From: Candidatus Marinacidobacterales bacterium
Lineage (GTDB): Bacteria; Acidobacteriota; Vicinamibacteria; Marinacidobacterales; DATDRI01
Direction: 5' to 3'
Assembly (NCBI GenBank): GCA_965226495.1
Contig: OZ245365.1
Span: forward strand, 6,176,001-6,240,000
Length of the DNA stretch: 64,000 nucleotides
Shown: one piece after another, positions 1 to 10,202 of the stretch
Layout: every line of letters starts with the position of its first letter
Numbering within the stretch: position 1 is the stretch's first letter
Translations under genes and position numbers: made by a program
The notes under the pieces: model-generated
What the model was told of the DNA's origin: nothing
Seen by the model: the letters and a program-made list of their open reading frames with translations, nothing else
Database searches by the model: none

Positions 1-92
1 AGAGCGGCAAAATTTTCTCGATCGTGCCGACACTTTCTATAGAGAGAGGGGAGCCGTACCGGCGAAACGGCCATAACGATTTGTAAGGTGGA

Positions 93-1199
93 ATGATGCA
101 ACAGCAGCGAAGGAACATAGCCGTGTTTGTGCTTTTGGCCGGGGCATTCTTGTCCTGTCGAGGTCGCGAGGAGCCACCACCGCCGCCGCTCCGACCGGTG
201 CGCTACCACGAGGTTTCGTCTAGCAGCGGCCAACGGGTGCGCACGTTTTCCGGGGTGGCCCGAGCCAACGTGGAATCCAATCTCAGCTTCCGAGTATCAG
301 GCAACGTTCAGCGACGGCTGGTCGAGGTCGGCGACCGCGTAGAGAGGGGACAGCTTATTGCGGAGCTCGATCCGACGGATTTCGAGCTTCACGTCGAGGA
401 AGCTCAAGCCGCCTTGCTGCAAGCGCAAGCGCAAGCCCGCCGTGTGGAAGCTGACTACGAACGTGTGCGAGGCCTCTACGAGAACCGGAACGCTGCAAGG
501 AGTGACCTCGATGCGTCGCGAGCCGCAGCCGAGTCGGCGCGGGCTCAAATCGATGCTGCGGTGCAAAGGTTGGAGCAGGCGCGCTCCCAACTTTCCTACA
601 CGCGTCTGCGCGCGCCCCTGGGTGGTTCCATCGCCGCCGTGGACATCGAGGTAAACGAGAACGTCCGAGCGGGCCAAAAGGTAACGATGTTGACCTCGGG
701 TTCCCGGCCGGAGGTGGAGATTGCGGTTCCGGAGACGTTGATCGGTGAGTTTCGAGTGGGAAGCGACGTCGACGTGAGTTTCGATGCGTTGGGTGAGAGG
801 GAGTTCCCGGCGATGATCACCAAAGTCGGCGTTGCCGCGGTCGGCGTCGCCACCACCTTCCCCGTGACCGTTCAGCTTCTCGAGGCGACACCGGACGTCC
901 GTTCCGGGATGGCCGCCGATGTAAATTTCACGTTCGGTACCGAGGACGGGGGGGGGCGCTTCCTCGTTCCGGCCCACGCGGTGGCGGAAGATCGAGAGGG
1001 TCGGTTCGTCTTCGTTGTGGAGTCTACCGAGGCGGGGCGCGGCAAGGTTCATCGACGAGCGGTCACCGTCGGCCAGTTAACCGGTCAGGGCCTGGAGGTC
1101 TTAGACGGAGTCTCGGTCGGTGATCTGGTCGTCACCGCCGGGGTGAGTCAGATCCAGGACGGTCTCGAAGTGAAGCTCGAGGAAGAGAGTCCTAAATGA
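93..1199 (+). CDS. RND efflux periplasmic adaptor (membrane fusion) lipoprotein
   Basis: Lipobox-like FLSC, lipoyl-like VGDRVERGQLIAELD, coiled-coil hairpin, LSYTRLRAP; stop overlaps the AcrB-like start. Confidence 0.93.
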   Translation: MMQQQRRNIAVFVLLAGAFLSCRGREEPPPPPLRPVRYHEVSSSSGQRVRTFSGVARANVESNLSFRVSGNVQRRLVEVGDRVERGQLIAELDPTDFELHVEEAQAALLQAQAQARRVEADYERVRGLYENRNAARSDLDASRAAAESARAQIDAAVQRLEQARSQLSYTRLRAPLGGSIAAVDIEVNENVRAGQKVTMLTSGSRPEVEIAVPETLIGEFRVGSDVDVSFDALGEREFPAMITKVGVAAVGVATTFPVTVQLLEATPDVRSGMAADVNFTFGTEDGGGRFLVPAHAVAEDREGRFVFVVESTEAGRGKVHRRAVTVGQLTGQGLEVLDGVSVGDLVVTAGVSQIQDGLEVKLEEESPK

Positions 1200-4100
1200 G
1201 CATTACCCGCGTCGCGATCGAGAAGAGCCGGGTCACCGCGGTCGCGCTCGCTGTCATCTTGTTCGTCGGGATCGGCTCGTTCCTGAACGCTCCGCGAGCG
1301 GAGGATCCGGGCTTCGTCATCCGGGCGGCGCGGGTGATGACCTACTTTCCGGGAGCCAGTCCGCAGCGAGTCGAGCAGCTCATCACCGACAAGCTGGAAA
1401 AGACCATTCAAGAGATGCCGGAAGTAGATTTTATTTCCAGCGAGTCCAAGACCGGCGTTTCGATCATCATGGTTAACATCTTGGAGAGCTATAAGAACAT
1501 GCGTCCCATTTGGGACAAGCTGCGCCGAAAAGTCGAAGACGCGAAGTCGGAGCTACCGGAGGGTGTGATCGGACCAACCGTCAACGACGAGTTCGGCGAT
1601 GTATTTGGGACCATCGTTACCATCACCGGTGAGGGGTACTCGTACGCGGAGCTCAAAGACACTGCGGATGACCTGCGCGATGAGCTGCTGCTGATCGAAG
1701 AAGTCGCGAAAGTGGAGATCTACGGTGCTCAGGAAGAACGCATCTTCGTCGAGTACAACAACGCTCGGCTCGCCGAGCTTGGGCTCTCCGCGTTTCAGCT
1801 CCAACAGATCCTGCAGAGTCAGAACATTATTTTCCCCGGCGGGGAGGTCACGACCGAATACGAAAAGATCGTTCTCGAGCCCACCGGCAACCTCGAGTCT
1901 GTGGAGCAGCTAAGAAGCACCATCATCCGGCCACCGGGACGCGACGAGCTGGTTTATCTCGGAGACCTCGCCAACGTCTACCGGGGCTATATCGATCCGC
2001 CGGCCACCAAGATGACGGCGCGTGGACATCCGAGCCTGGGACTCGCCATAAGCCTTCGCGAAGGAGGCAACATCACTGTACTGGGTGACAAGGTCCAACG
2101 ACTTCTCACCTACCTACAGGGTGTCTATCCGTACGGACTGGATTTCGACATTCTATACCTACAATCGTTCTACGTAGACCGCAAGGTCGATGACTTCGTG
2201 GGGAACCTCCTTCAAGCCGTCGTGCTGGTCTTGGCGGTGATGCTGGTAAGCCTCGGATTGCGGACCGGTTTGGTGGTCGCAGCGCTCGTACCCATGGCGA
2301 TGATCATGGCGCTTCTGGTTATGTCCTTCTTCGATATCGGGCTCGACCAGATGTCTCTGGCAGCTCTCATCATTGCTCTCGGGATGTTGGTCGATAACGC
2401 GATCGTCATGTCGGAGTCGATCATGGTGCAGATGTCGGCGGGGAAAAAATCGGTAGACGCTGCCATCGACTCGGCTCGCGAGCTTCAGATCCCTCTCCTT
2501 ACCTCTTCACTGACGACCGCAGCGGCGTTTCTCCCCATTTACCTGGCAGAGTCGAACGTCGGTGAGTACACTGCGCCGCTTTTCAAGGTGGTGTCGATCA
2601 CGCTTCTTTGCTCCTGGCTCCTTGCCCTCACCATGACGCCTTTGCTCTGCGTGCATTTTCTCAAGGTCAAGCAAAACCCGGAAGCGACGACCTACGACAC
2701 ACCTTTTTATGACCGATACCGCGGCCTTCTCTTGCTCGGCCTGCGTCACAGAATTCCGTCTCTTGGAATTACGCTAGTGGTCTTTGCGCTCGCGATTTAC
2801 GGCTTGGGTTTTGTGCCCAACATTTTCTTTCCTTCTAATGACAAGGAGATCATGACCGCGGAGCTCGCCTTGCCGGTGGGAAGTCCCATCGAGCGGACGG
2901 AGGCGGTGGTGCGGGAAATCGATGAGTTCATTCGATCCGAGCTCGCCGCCAGAGGAGACCGGCCCGAGGGTGTCACCACCTGGGCCTCGTTCATAGGGGA
3001 AGGAGCGCCGCGCTTCATGCTCCCTTACAACCCAGAGCCGAGAAAGTCCGAGTATGCCTATTTGGTAATCGTCGCCACGTCGCAAGAAATCATTTTGGAG
3101 GAGCTGATACCGAAGCTCGAGTCCTTCACGCAAGCACGTTTTCCCGACCTGCGGGCGACCGTCGATTTGCTTCCGATGGGGCCGTCGGCCAAGGCTCCGG
3201 TGGAGGTCCGCGTCATTGGGAGGGAAGAGGATGTCGTCTTCCAACTCACGGACACGGTCAAAGCGGAGGTGATGAGTCTTCCGGGCACCAAGAACATTCG
3301 GGATGACTGGGGACTCCGGACGAAGAAGCTGATCGTCAACGTCGTCCAACCGCGGGCGCAGCGGGCAGGCCTTACCAACATGGACGTCGCGCTATCTTTG
3401 CAAACGGTTCTGACCGGCTACGAGACCACCCAGTTTCGAGAAGATGACAAGCTCATTCCGGTAACCTTGCGCTCGGTCGCGGCCCAGAGGGACGACATCG
3501 GAAAGCTAGAAAGCCACAACATCTTTTCCCAATCAACGGGACAAACGGTGCCCCTGAAGCAAGTGGCGGATGTCGAGGTGGTGTGGCAGCCGGCGGTTAT
3601 CTTCAGAAGAGATCGGTTGAAGACGGTAACGGTACGGGCCGATGTCGAGTTGGGGGTGAGCCCCGTCGAAGTGGCCTTCGTCTTGGACGATTGGTTGCGA
3701 GAGCAGAGTGCAACGTGGCCGCTAGGCTACCGATACGAGCTCGGCGGAGAGTTAGAGAACTCTCAGAAGGGAAATGAGTCTATTGGAGAGAAGCTCCCCA
3801 TCGCGGGTTTCATCATTGTGATGTTGCTCGTCGCACAGTTCAACTCCGTTCGACGCCCTCTCATTATTCTGGCGACGATCCCCCTCGGGCTCATTGGAGT
3901 TACGGTGGGCTTGCTGGTCATGGATTCCTACTTCGGCTTCATGACCCTGCTCGGTATCATTTCGTTAGCGGGAATCGTCATCAACAACGCCATCGTCCTC
4001 ATCGATCGAATCAAGACAGAGATTGAAGAGAACGGGTTGGAACCTACCCGAGCGGTAATCGAGGCCGCCCAGCGGAGGCTACGTCCCATTCTTCTCACGA

Positions 4101-4297
4101 CGGCGACCACGGTTGGAGGCCTGATTCCTCTGTATCTTGGTGGCGGACCGATGTGGCAGCCGATGACTATTGCCATCATGTTTGGGCTCGTTTTCTCGAC
4201 CATCCTGACGCTGGGCATCGTGCCGATTCTTTATTCTCTGCTTTTTCGGGTGAGCTACCGCGGATTCAACTACCTACCGATGATGACTGGTGATTAG
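1196..4297 (+). CDS. RND efflux permease (AcrB/AcrD/AcrF family)
   Basis: 1033 aa; GMLVDNAIV, GIVINNAIVLID and RLRPILLTT motifs. Confidence 0.96.
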   Translation: MSITRVAIEKSRVTAVALAVILFVGIGSFLNAPRAEDPGFVIRAARVMTYFPGASPQRVEQLITDKLEKTIQEMPEVDFISSESKTGVSIIMVNILESYKNMRPIWDKLRRKVEDAKSELPEGVIGPTVNDEFGDVFGTIVTITGEGYSYAELKDTADDLRDELLLIEEVAKVEIYGAQEERIFVEYNNARLAELGLSAFQLQQILQSQNIIFPGGEVTTEYEKIVLEPTGNLESVEQLRSTIIRPPGRDELVYLGDLANVYRGYIDPPATKMTARGHPSLGLAISLREGGNITVLGDKVQRLLTYLQGVYPYGLDFDILYLQSFYVDRKVDDFVGNLLQAVVLVLAVMLVSLGLRTGLVVAALVPMAMIMALLVMSFFDIGLDQMSLAALIIALGMLVDNAIVMSESIMVQMSAGKKSVDAAIDSARELQIPLLTSSLTTAAAFLPIYLAESNVGEYTAPLFKVVSITLLCSWLLALTMTPLLCVHFLKVKQNPEATTYDTPFYDRYRGLLLLGLRHRIPSLGITLVVFALAIYGLGFVPNIFFPSNDKEIMTAELALPVGSPIERTEAVVREIDEFIRSELAARGDRPEGVTTWASFIGEGAPRFMLPYNPEPRKSEYAYLVIVATSQEIILEELIPKLESFTQARFPDLRATVDLLPMGPSAKAPVEVRVIGREEDVVFQLTDTVKAEVMSLPGTKNIRDDWGLRTKKLIVNVVQPRAQRAGLTNMDVALSLQTVLTGYETTQFREDDKLIPVTLRSVAAQRDDIGKLESHNIFSQSTGQTVPLKQVADVEVVWQPAVIFRRDRLKTVTVRADVELGVSPVEVAFVLDDWLREQSATWPLGYRYELGGELENSQKGNESIGEKLPIAGFIIVMLLVAQFNSVRRPLIILATIPLGLIGVTVGLLVMDSYFGFMTLLGIISLAGIVINNAIVLIDRIKTEIEENGLEPTRAVIEAAQRRLRPILLTTATTVGGLIPLYLGGGPMWQPMTIAIMFGLVFSTILTLGIVPILYSLLFRVSYRGFNYLPMMTGD

Positions 4298-4324
4298 ACC
4301 AATCATGCCAAGATCAAACTGAAC

Positions 4325-5017
4325 ATGTCGCACATACGATCTGCGTGGAACGTCCTTCGAGAAGGACGTTTTTCGAGCCTCTTGTTCTCCATGCTGCTCT
4401 TGTTGTTGTTGCAGCCCTTCTTCTACAATTTCGAGTTCGGCAACAAGTTGTTGAGGGCTTTCTTTCTTCTGACCTTGTTGACCGCGCTCTATAGCATCAG
4501 TGACAACAAAAAGAGGTTAACCATTGGATTGATCTTGGCCTTCGTTGCTCTATCGGCGATCGGATCCTCTTACGTGATAGAGCAAAAGGGATTGCTCGAG
4601 GTGGGGGTTCTGGTCTTCATGTCCTTCCTCACGTTCATTGCCGTCACCATCTTGCGGCACGTTCTCAAAGCCCGGGAAGTCACTGCAGACGTCGTGTATG
4701 GCGCCCTCTGCGTCTATCTCTTGATCGGATTCATCTGGGCCTCGGCCTACTTCGTTTTGGAGGTTTACCTACCAGGCTCGTTCGAGTTGGATGGGGTCGC
4801 TTTGACCACAAAAGCGGAGTCGCTGGAAGCCATGCTTTCCAAGTGCCTCTACTTCAGCTACGTCACCTTGACCACGCTTGGCTACGGCGATGTAAAGCCC
4901 ATCAATCCGCCCGCGCAGTCGCTTGCCTACGTGGAGGCTCTCACCGGCCAGCTGTATTTGGCCGTATTGGTGGCGCGCCTAGTGGCGCTACAGATCATCC
5001 ACTCCATGCGGAAGTAG
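4325..5017 (+). CDS. Potassium channel family protein (Ion_trans_2)
   Basis: Selectivity filter TLTTLGYGD preceded by YFSYVT; several TM helices. Confidence 0.88.
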   Translation: MSHIRSAWNVLREGRFSSLLFSMLLLLLLQPFFYNFEFGNKLLRAFFLLTLLTALYSISDNKKRLTIGLILAFVALSAIGSSYVIEQKGLLEVGVLVFMSFLTFIAVTILRHVLKAREVTADVVYGALCVYLLIGFIWASAYFVLEVYLPGSFELDGVALTTKAESLEAMLSKCLYFSYVTLTTLGYGDVKPINPPAQSLAYVEALTGQLYLAVLVARLVALQIIHSMRK

Positions 5018-5039
5018 GTTCTGTTCGGACCGGGGAAGG

Positions 5040-5981
5040 CTATCGCGGTCTTCCCGGTGCACCCGACCGGCCCGTCTTTCCCGGCCGGCCCATCAGGCCC
5101 CGGGAGGGCGACACTGGGCTCCGGTTCATCGTTCTCGGGGTCGAGCCTGTGAAGCGGCGCCCGCCGGTTGAGGGCGACACGGCACCACCTCGCGAAGGAG
5201 CGCGGCGAGTGGCCGCGACAGGGTTCGTTGCGCGCCCTCCGGAACGGCGGACGGGCCGACCGGCCTTGCTGCCCCTTCCGCGATGATGCGTCAACTTGTT
5301 GCGGCCGTGGATGTTTCCGCCGCGATGCCCCCTGTGATTACTGACACCGCGAAGGGAGCCATAGGGGTAACCCCCTCCGTAACCGTAGCGACCATAAAAG
5401 CCGGGATAGACATACGGGTAGAACGGGATTCCTTCGGGAGCCGCATCGGCGTATGCGGGCTCGGGCGCGGCGACCACGTCTCGGCTCCGATCCCGAGGAG
5501 GACCACTGTAGCCTGGAAAGAACTGCCGTTTGCCCCCGGCGCGGACCAAAAACTGCAGGAATGCCTCGCTGGCCCCAGCCGCCTTGAGCGCTAGCAAGTC
5601 GTTGGCGGAAAGATCGTAGCGACCCCGTTTCCCCCGCACGAAGGTTTGGATGGTTGCCTCCGAAATCCCGGCCTGAAGGAGCTCGAGCACGTCGGAGACG
5701 GGTAGAACGGTTTCGGACGATCTGCTGAGCCCGCGATTGATTTGCTCTACCGTGATGCCCTCGAGATCCTCTGTTCCCAGCGCGTCGAGAGGTACCGAGT
5801 AGAGCCGACCGTCCTCACTTTTGAGAAACAGCTGACCCCTTTCCTGCCAGACCTCCTCCATTCGCGTCTCCGGAAGTCCGGAGATCTTGATTTGGGCGGC
5901 GGCAAGCCCAGAAAAGACGTGGAAGATCAAGAAGGCCATGAAGGCTTGTAAAACCAATCTGTTGGCTCGCACGATAGCCAT
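5040..5981 (-). CDS. Hypothetical secreted protein with Tyr/Gly- and Arg/Gly-rich low-complexity tail
   Basis: Signal-peptide-like N-terminus, helical repeat LLQAGISEATI/LKAAGASEAFL, YPGFYGRYGYGG region; start uncertain. Confidence 0.55.
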   Translation of the reverse strand: MAIVRANRLVLQAFMAFLIFHVFSGLAAAQIKISGLPETRMEEVWQERGQLFLKSEDGRLYSVPLDALGTEDLEGITVEQINRGLSRSSETVLPVSDVLELLQAGISEATIQTFVRGKRGRYDLSANDLLALKAAGASEAFLQFLVRAGGKRQFFPGYSGPPRDRSRDVVAAPEPAYADAAPEGIPFYPYVYPGFYGRYGYGGGYPYGSLRGVSNHRGHRGGNIHGRNKLTHHRGRGSKAGRPVRRSGGRATNPVAATRRAPSRGGAVSPSTGGRRFTGSTPRTMNRSPVSPSRGLMGRPGKTGRSGAPGRPR

Positions 5982-6061
5982 CGGAGACACCCTCGCTTGG
6001 TGGGTTCTACCGGGAGTTTATGCCGGCCGGCGCGTGGCCGCAACCATATACTCCAGTCCTA

Positions 6062-7809
6062 CTAGGGGACGTCTCGGGACTGTATGTTTCTAATCGCTTC
6101 CTCGGCGTATTGCCGCGTGCGCCCCTTTTCCTTGTTTCGAATCTGCTCCAACAAGGACATGCTCGAGCTGCCGGCGAGGCGGCCCAAAGCCTCGATCGCA
6201 TTGAGTCGGACCAACTCGTAGGGGTCGTTGACTCGTCGCTCCAGTAGGGGCAGGGCGTCTTGGCCCCCCGATTCGCCTATCGCGAACAGGGCGCAAGCGC
6301 GGACCCATCTAGAACGATCACTGGCGAGCTCGTAGAGCACTTGAAGCGGATCCTTGGAAGGCAGTTGATAGAGCGAGCCTCCGTGCTCAGCCGTCACCTG
6401 CAGGTTGGTGTGCTCGAAGAGTGGCTGCACGCCTCCCAACACCGATTGGTCGACCCGGACCTCGAGCGCTTCGATAGCACTCGCCCGGACGTAAGGCTCA
6501 GGGTGAATGAGGTTACTCAAAATGAGACGCATTCCTTTTCGGTCACCGAACGTGAGGCGAAGCACCTCCAGCGCATTCTGCTTGGCTTGCTGCACCCGCT
6601 TGGCAAGCGAGTCGGAGAGCAACACTAGGCCCGGGGTCTGCGGAAGCTGGCTCAGCTTTTCCTGGCGGACGAGGTCGTAATAGGCTTCCTCTGCCTCCAG
6701 CGAGAGGATATGAATGAGTGCTTGTCGGGCGCGGGGAGTGCCGATCTGTCCGAGCGTCTTGGTCACGAACTGGCGGACTTCGACGGTCGAACCCCACAGC
6801 GCCATGATGAGAGGATCCACCGCGGCCTCTCCGCAGGACTGGAGGGCACGGGCCGCGAGATGGCGCGTAGAGCCATCTCCTTCCTCGAGACATTGCAAGA
6901 GCATGTCGATGGCCTCGCGCCGCCCGGCCTGGGCCAGCCCCGTTGAGAGCCGCGTAAAAAGCGGTCAAGGACTCGGGATTGACGACCCCCTGCGCATCGG
7001 TGAACTGCAGGCTCGCCGCTTTACCCATCAGAAAGTCCAGGATCTGCGCCAGGAGCGCGAACAGCAGTGCGGAGATGGACAGGTTTCGTAGGAGGCTGGA
7101 GCTTAGCGAGATCCGAAGATCGGAACGGAGTTGGCTCCAGATCTCACGAACACGAAAACGACCCGGCACGGCAGGTCGTTGAAGTCGATCGCGGTAATGG
7201 CGGGCTACCAAATGGGTCGGGAGCCATCGTAATGGCGGGCTACCAAATGGGTCGGGAGCCCGCCGCCAGCAAGATGGCGGCCGTGAGGAGCAAAGTCTCG
7301 GTGGAGATCCAACGAGGAAGAAACGAGGCGGCGGCGGACGCGGTGAGTCCACCCGCCAGGCTGAAGCCCAGTAAGATGGGAAAAATCCGCTTGGCTTGAC
7401 GGAGGTCGCAAATCTCACCGGCGATCAACCAAAACTGCAGGAAGATGAGGCCTTTCATCAAATAACAAAGTAGGTACAGGCCTCGATAGACGACGTCGGG
7501 GGCGCGGGGACCCAGGTTGTGGAGTGCCGCCAGCGCGGCGGCGAAGAAGAACAAGGTAAAGGTGAAAAGGCGGACGCGGTCCACCCGATCGATGACGGGG
7601 ATCACGAACAATCCGACGGTAACAAGAAGGAGGGCGCTACCGATGTAGACCTGCGGCAAAACCTCTGGTCCCAGATTGGCAAGCAGCAGCGAAGTGGAAC
7701 CGATATCGAACAGCGCGTGGGAGGCGGCGACGACGAAGTGAAGCGCACCCAACAATAGAAGAGGCCGCGTATCGCCCTTCAGGATGTTGAGGACCTTACG
7801 TAGTTTCAA
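6062..7809 (-). pseudogene. Disrupted Npt1/Npt2 (TLC)-like nucleotide translocase fused to HEAT repeats
   Basis: N-terminal part 7809-7240 has FW..A.EI.D.RQAKR.FP; frameshift from a 35-bp duplication at 7194-7260; frame jump near 6935 into the HEAT-repeat ORF 6904-6062. Confidence 0.75.
7194..7260. repeat. Tandem duplication, period 35 bp
   Basis: GTAATGGCGGGCTACCAAATGGGTCGGGAGCC at 7194-7225 and 7229-7260. Confidence 0.95.
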
Positions 7810-8272
7810 CTTGTCCTTTTTGAAGCTCCCCCGCGAGATGCCGGATCCGAAGATCCGCCTCCCGTAACCGGCGCACGAACTCTTTGAGTACTTCGAACGC
7901 GATCTCCGGATAGTCGTGGACCGCGGTCCGGAAATCGCTCTTGTGAAGGACTAACAACACGGATTCTTCCGCCGCGCGCGCCGACGCCGAGCGCGGCTGC
8001 TCATCAATAAGGGCCATCTCACCGAAGTACCCTCCGGCACGCACCGAGTCGAGAATGTGCTCGCGGCCAGCGGTGTCGTGGTAGATGACGACCTTTCCCG
8101 AGTGGACCACGTACATCTCCTCACCGAGCTCGTGCTCGGCGAACACTAACTCGCCCTTGGAGATCGCTTTCTCACGGACCGATTCGGCGATTCGTTTCAA
8201 GCCTTCACCGTGGACGCTAGCGAACAGAGGAATCCGCTTGAGAGTGATGATCAGATCCATCACCGAAAGCAT
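7796..8272 (-). CDS. Cyclic-nucleotide-binding domain protein (stand-alone)
   Basis: LKRIPLF, MYVVHSGKV, GGYFGEMALIDEQPRSASARA; no HTH tail. Confidence 0.92.
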   Translation of the reverse strand: MLSVMDLIITLKRIPLFASVHGEGLKRIAESVREKAISKGELVFAEHELGEEMYVVHSGKVVIYHDTAGREHILDSVRAGGYFGEMALIDEQPRSASARAAEESVLLVLHKSDFRTAVHDYPEIAFEVLKEFVRRLREADLRIRHLAGELQKGQVETT

Positions 8273-8289
8273 GCGGGAGCTTTCTCCTG

Positions 8290-8321
8290 CCCTCACCCCA
8301 CCCTCTCCCAGCGCGAGAGGG
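8290..8321. repeat. Single copy of the CCCTCACCCC..CCCTCTCCC hairpin repeat family
   Basis: CCCTCACCCCACCCTCTCCCAGCGCGAGAGGG resembles the reverse complement of the 37666-37821 units. Confidence 0.6.
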
Positions 8322-8617
8322 AGTGAAACAAGAAAGCCATCTTCGATCGTATTCGTCTTGGCTGAGCCGTTGGGGCGCCCGGTCGCGGCCCTTATAGTAT
8401 CAGCGATCCACGATCTACGGGCACCGTCCAAACCTCATCACTGGCGCATGTTGCGAGACTCTGTCGGGCTTGTTGGGCTTTTACTACCCAGACGTGGGCA
8501 ACGCCCCCCGGGGTCGCTAAAAAGGAATCAGCAGGATTTCCCCCCCGCTTTCGCGCTAACTCGCTGAATTTTAGCTGGTTAACGAAACCAGAATAAAACG
8601 CGAGAAAGGGCTCTGGC

Positions 8618-8633
8618 CGGCACAACCCTTGCT
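8618..8633 (+). promoter_or_regulatory. Putative sigma-54 (-24/-12) promoter of the EAL gene
   Basis: CGGCACAACCCTTGCT = GG-N10-GC, close to consensus TGGCACG-N4-TTGCW. Confidence 0.7.
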
Positions 8634-8683
8634 CATATACACATGCTGGTGTGGCGCACGCTCACCAAAAGGGGGTCCACTTC

Positions 8684-10147
8684 GTGTCATCAACCAAAGA
8701 AACCAACAAGGCCGACCACGCGGACAACCCGACGAACGGGCGAGCGCGGGAGGCAAACGCAAAGGTAATCGCGTCGATTTTCAACCCGCCATCGAGCCCT
8801 AACGTCTCCCCTCCGGCAGAGACTCGCCGAGAGGAGAGCCATCACGAACCCAAGGCGGTTCTGGTTGACTCTGAAGTCGCGACCTACCGTGAGAAGTTCG
8901 ACGAGATTAAGGAGATGCTGGTCCAGAATCGATCTCTCGCTCTTCTGTACATCGATGCATCGAGACTATCCCAGATCGAGCACGATTACGGGAGCCAGAT
9001 CTACGAGGAGGTTCTGCAGCTGGTCACCAAGCTCATTCTCGACATGCGCGGCATGCAGACTCGTCAGGACGACCTGGTCACGGTCAATGAAAAGCACGGC
9101 GATGTCTTTCTGATCTTTCTATCCAAGAAACGCGAAGAGAAGCCGTTCGGCAAGGGCGATCTGGAACATCTTGCGGACCGCATTCATTCCTACCTGAGTA
9201 AGCGCATCTACCGAATGACGTGCTCTTATCTACGCAGTCGACCCAAACTGGGGATTGGATACGGCCTCGTTCTGCACAACCCGCTCATCAAAGAAGAACG
9301 GCTCATCCTCAAAGTGATCGACGACGCGCGGAAGATGGCCAAGTTCCAAGCTTACCGGGTGGAAGTGAAGAACAAGGAGATTCTTCAAGAGATCATCCTC
9401 AAGGAAGACGTGCAGACCGTCTTCCAGCCGATCGTGAACATGCAAGACCGGTCGATCGTGGGTTACGAGGCGTTGACCAGAGGTCCGAAAGGGACCGAGT
9501 TCGAGAGTCCTTACACGCTTTTCGATATCGCGACCGAATCGGACCTGCTGTTCGAGCTCGACCGATTGTGCCGTCGCAAGGCCTTGATCAACGCGTCGAA
9601 CCTCGAGTCACCCTACAAGCTTTTCGTCAACACGCTGCCCATGACCATTCGCGATCCCGAGTTCCAGGGGCAGCTAATGGTCGAGTTCCTGAAGGGACTG
9701 GACCTCGCTCCGTCACGTATCGTTTTGGAGATCACCGAGCGGTTGGCGATCGACAACTACAGTCTCTTCTTGGAAGCGATGAACTACTTCACAGATGTTG
9801 GTTTCGCAGTGGCGGTGGACGACATGGGTGCCGGCTATTCGGGCCTTGAGAAGATCGTCCACCTGAAGCCCAACTACTTGAAGTTCGATCTTCTGATGGT
9901 TCGCGACATCGACACCAGCTTCGTCAAACGAGAGATGCTGAAGGCGATTCTCTCGCTCGCCGAGAAGGTCAAGGCCAGCGTCATCGCTGAGGGCGTCGAG
10001 ACCCAGGAAGAGCTCAATACTCTCCTGGACCTGGGTATTACCTACGGTCAGGGGTTCTTCTTTGCTCGGCCCGAGCCCGGTTTCGCTCACCAACAGCCGG
10101 GAGGGTTGGCGGTCGAAACGAATCGGATCGTTACTCCCACCGAATAG
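8684..10147 (+). CDS. EAL-domain c-di-GMP phosphodiesterase with degenerate GGDEF-like domain
   Basis: FQPIV..GYEALTRG, VLEITE, AVDDMGAGYS, KFD, AEGVE, GQGFFFARP; GGDEF position reads HGDVF; start chosen at the GTG after AAGGGGG. Confidence 0.92.
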   Translation: MSSTKETNKADHADNPTNGRAREANAKVIASIFNPPSSPNVSPPAETRREESHHEPKAVLVDSEVATYREKFDEIKEMLVQNRSLALLYIDASRLSQIEHDYGSQIYEEVLQLVTKLILDMRGMQTRQDDLVTVNEKHGDVFLIFLSKKREEKPFGKGDLEHLADRIHSYLSKRIYRMTCSYLRSRPKLGIGYGLVLHNPLIKEERLILKVIDDARKMAKFQAYRVEVKNKEILQEIILKEDVQTVFQPIVNMQDRSIVGYEALTRGPKGTEFESPYTLFDIATESDLLFELDRLCRRKALINASNLESPYKLFVNTLPMTIRDPEFQGQLMVEFLKGLDLAPSRIVLEITERLAIDNYSLFLEAMNYFTDVGFAVAVDDMGAGYSGLEKIVHLKPNYLKFDLLMVRDIDTSFVKREMLKAILSLAEKVKASVIAEGVETQEELNTLLDLGITYGQGFFFARPEPGFAHQQPGGLAVETNRIVTPTE

Positions 10148-10202
10148 CTCCTTCCCTTCATCTCACCTTGCCAACTTCCCGGTAGGGAACTACTCTTCCG
10201 GT

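Noticed and set aside
297-4218. Many antisense and alternate-frame ORFs inside long genes, here and throughout the window
   Set aside because: Expected shadow ORFs in GC-rich coding DNA with no independent evidence
8440-8780. c-di-GMP riboswitch upstream of the EAL gene
   Set aside because: No convincing GEMM P1/P2 architecture by eye; a sigma-54 promoter explains the region better
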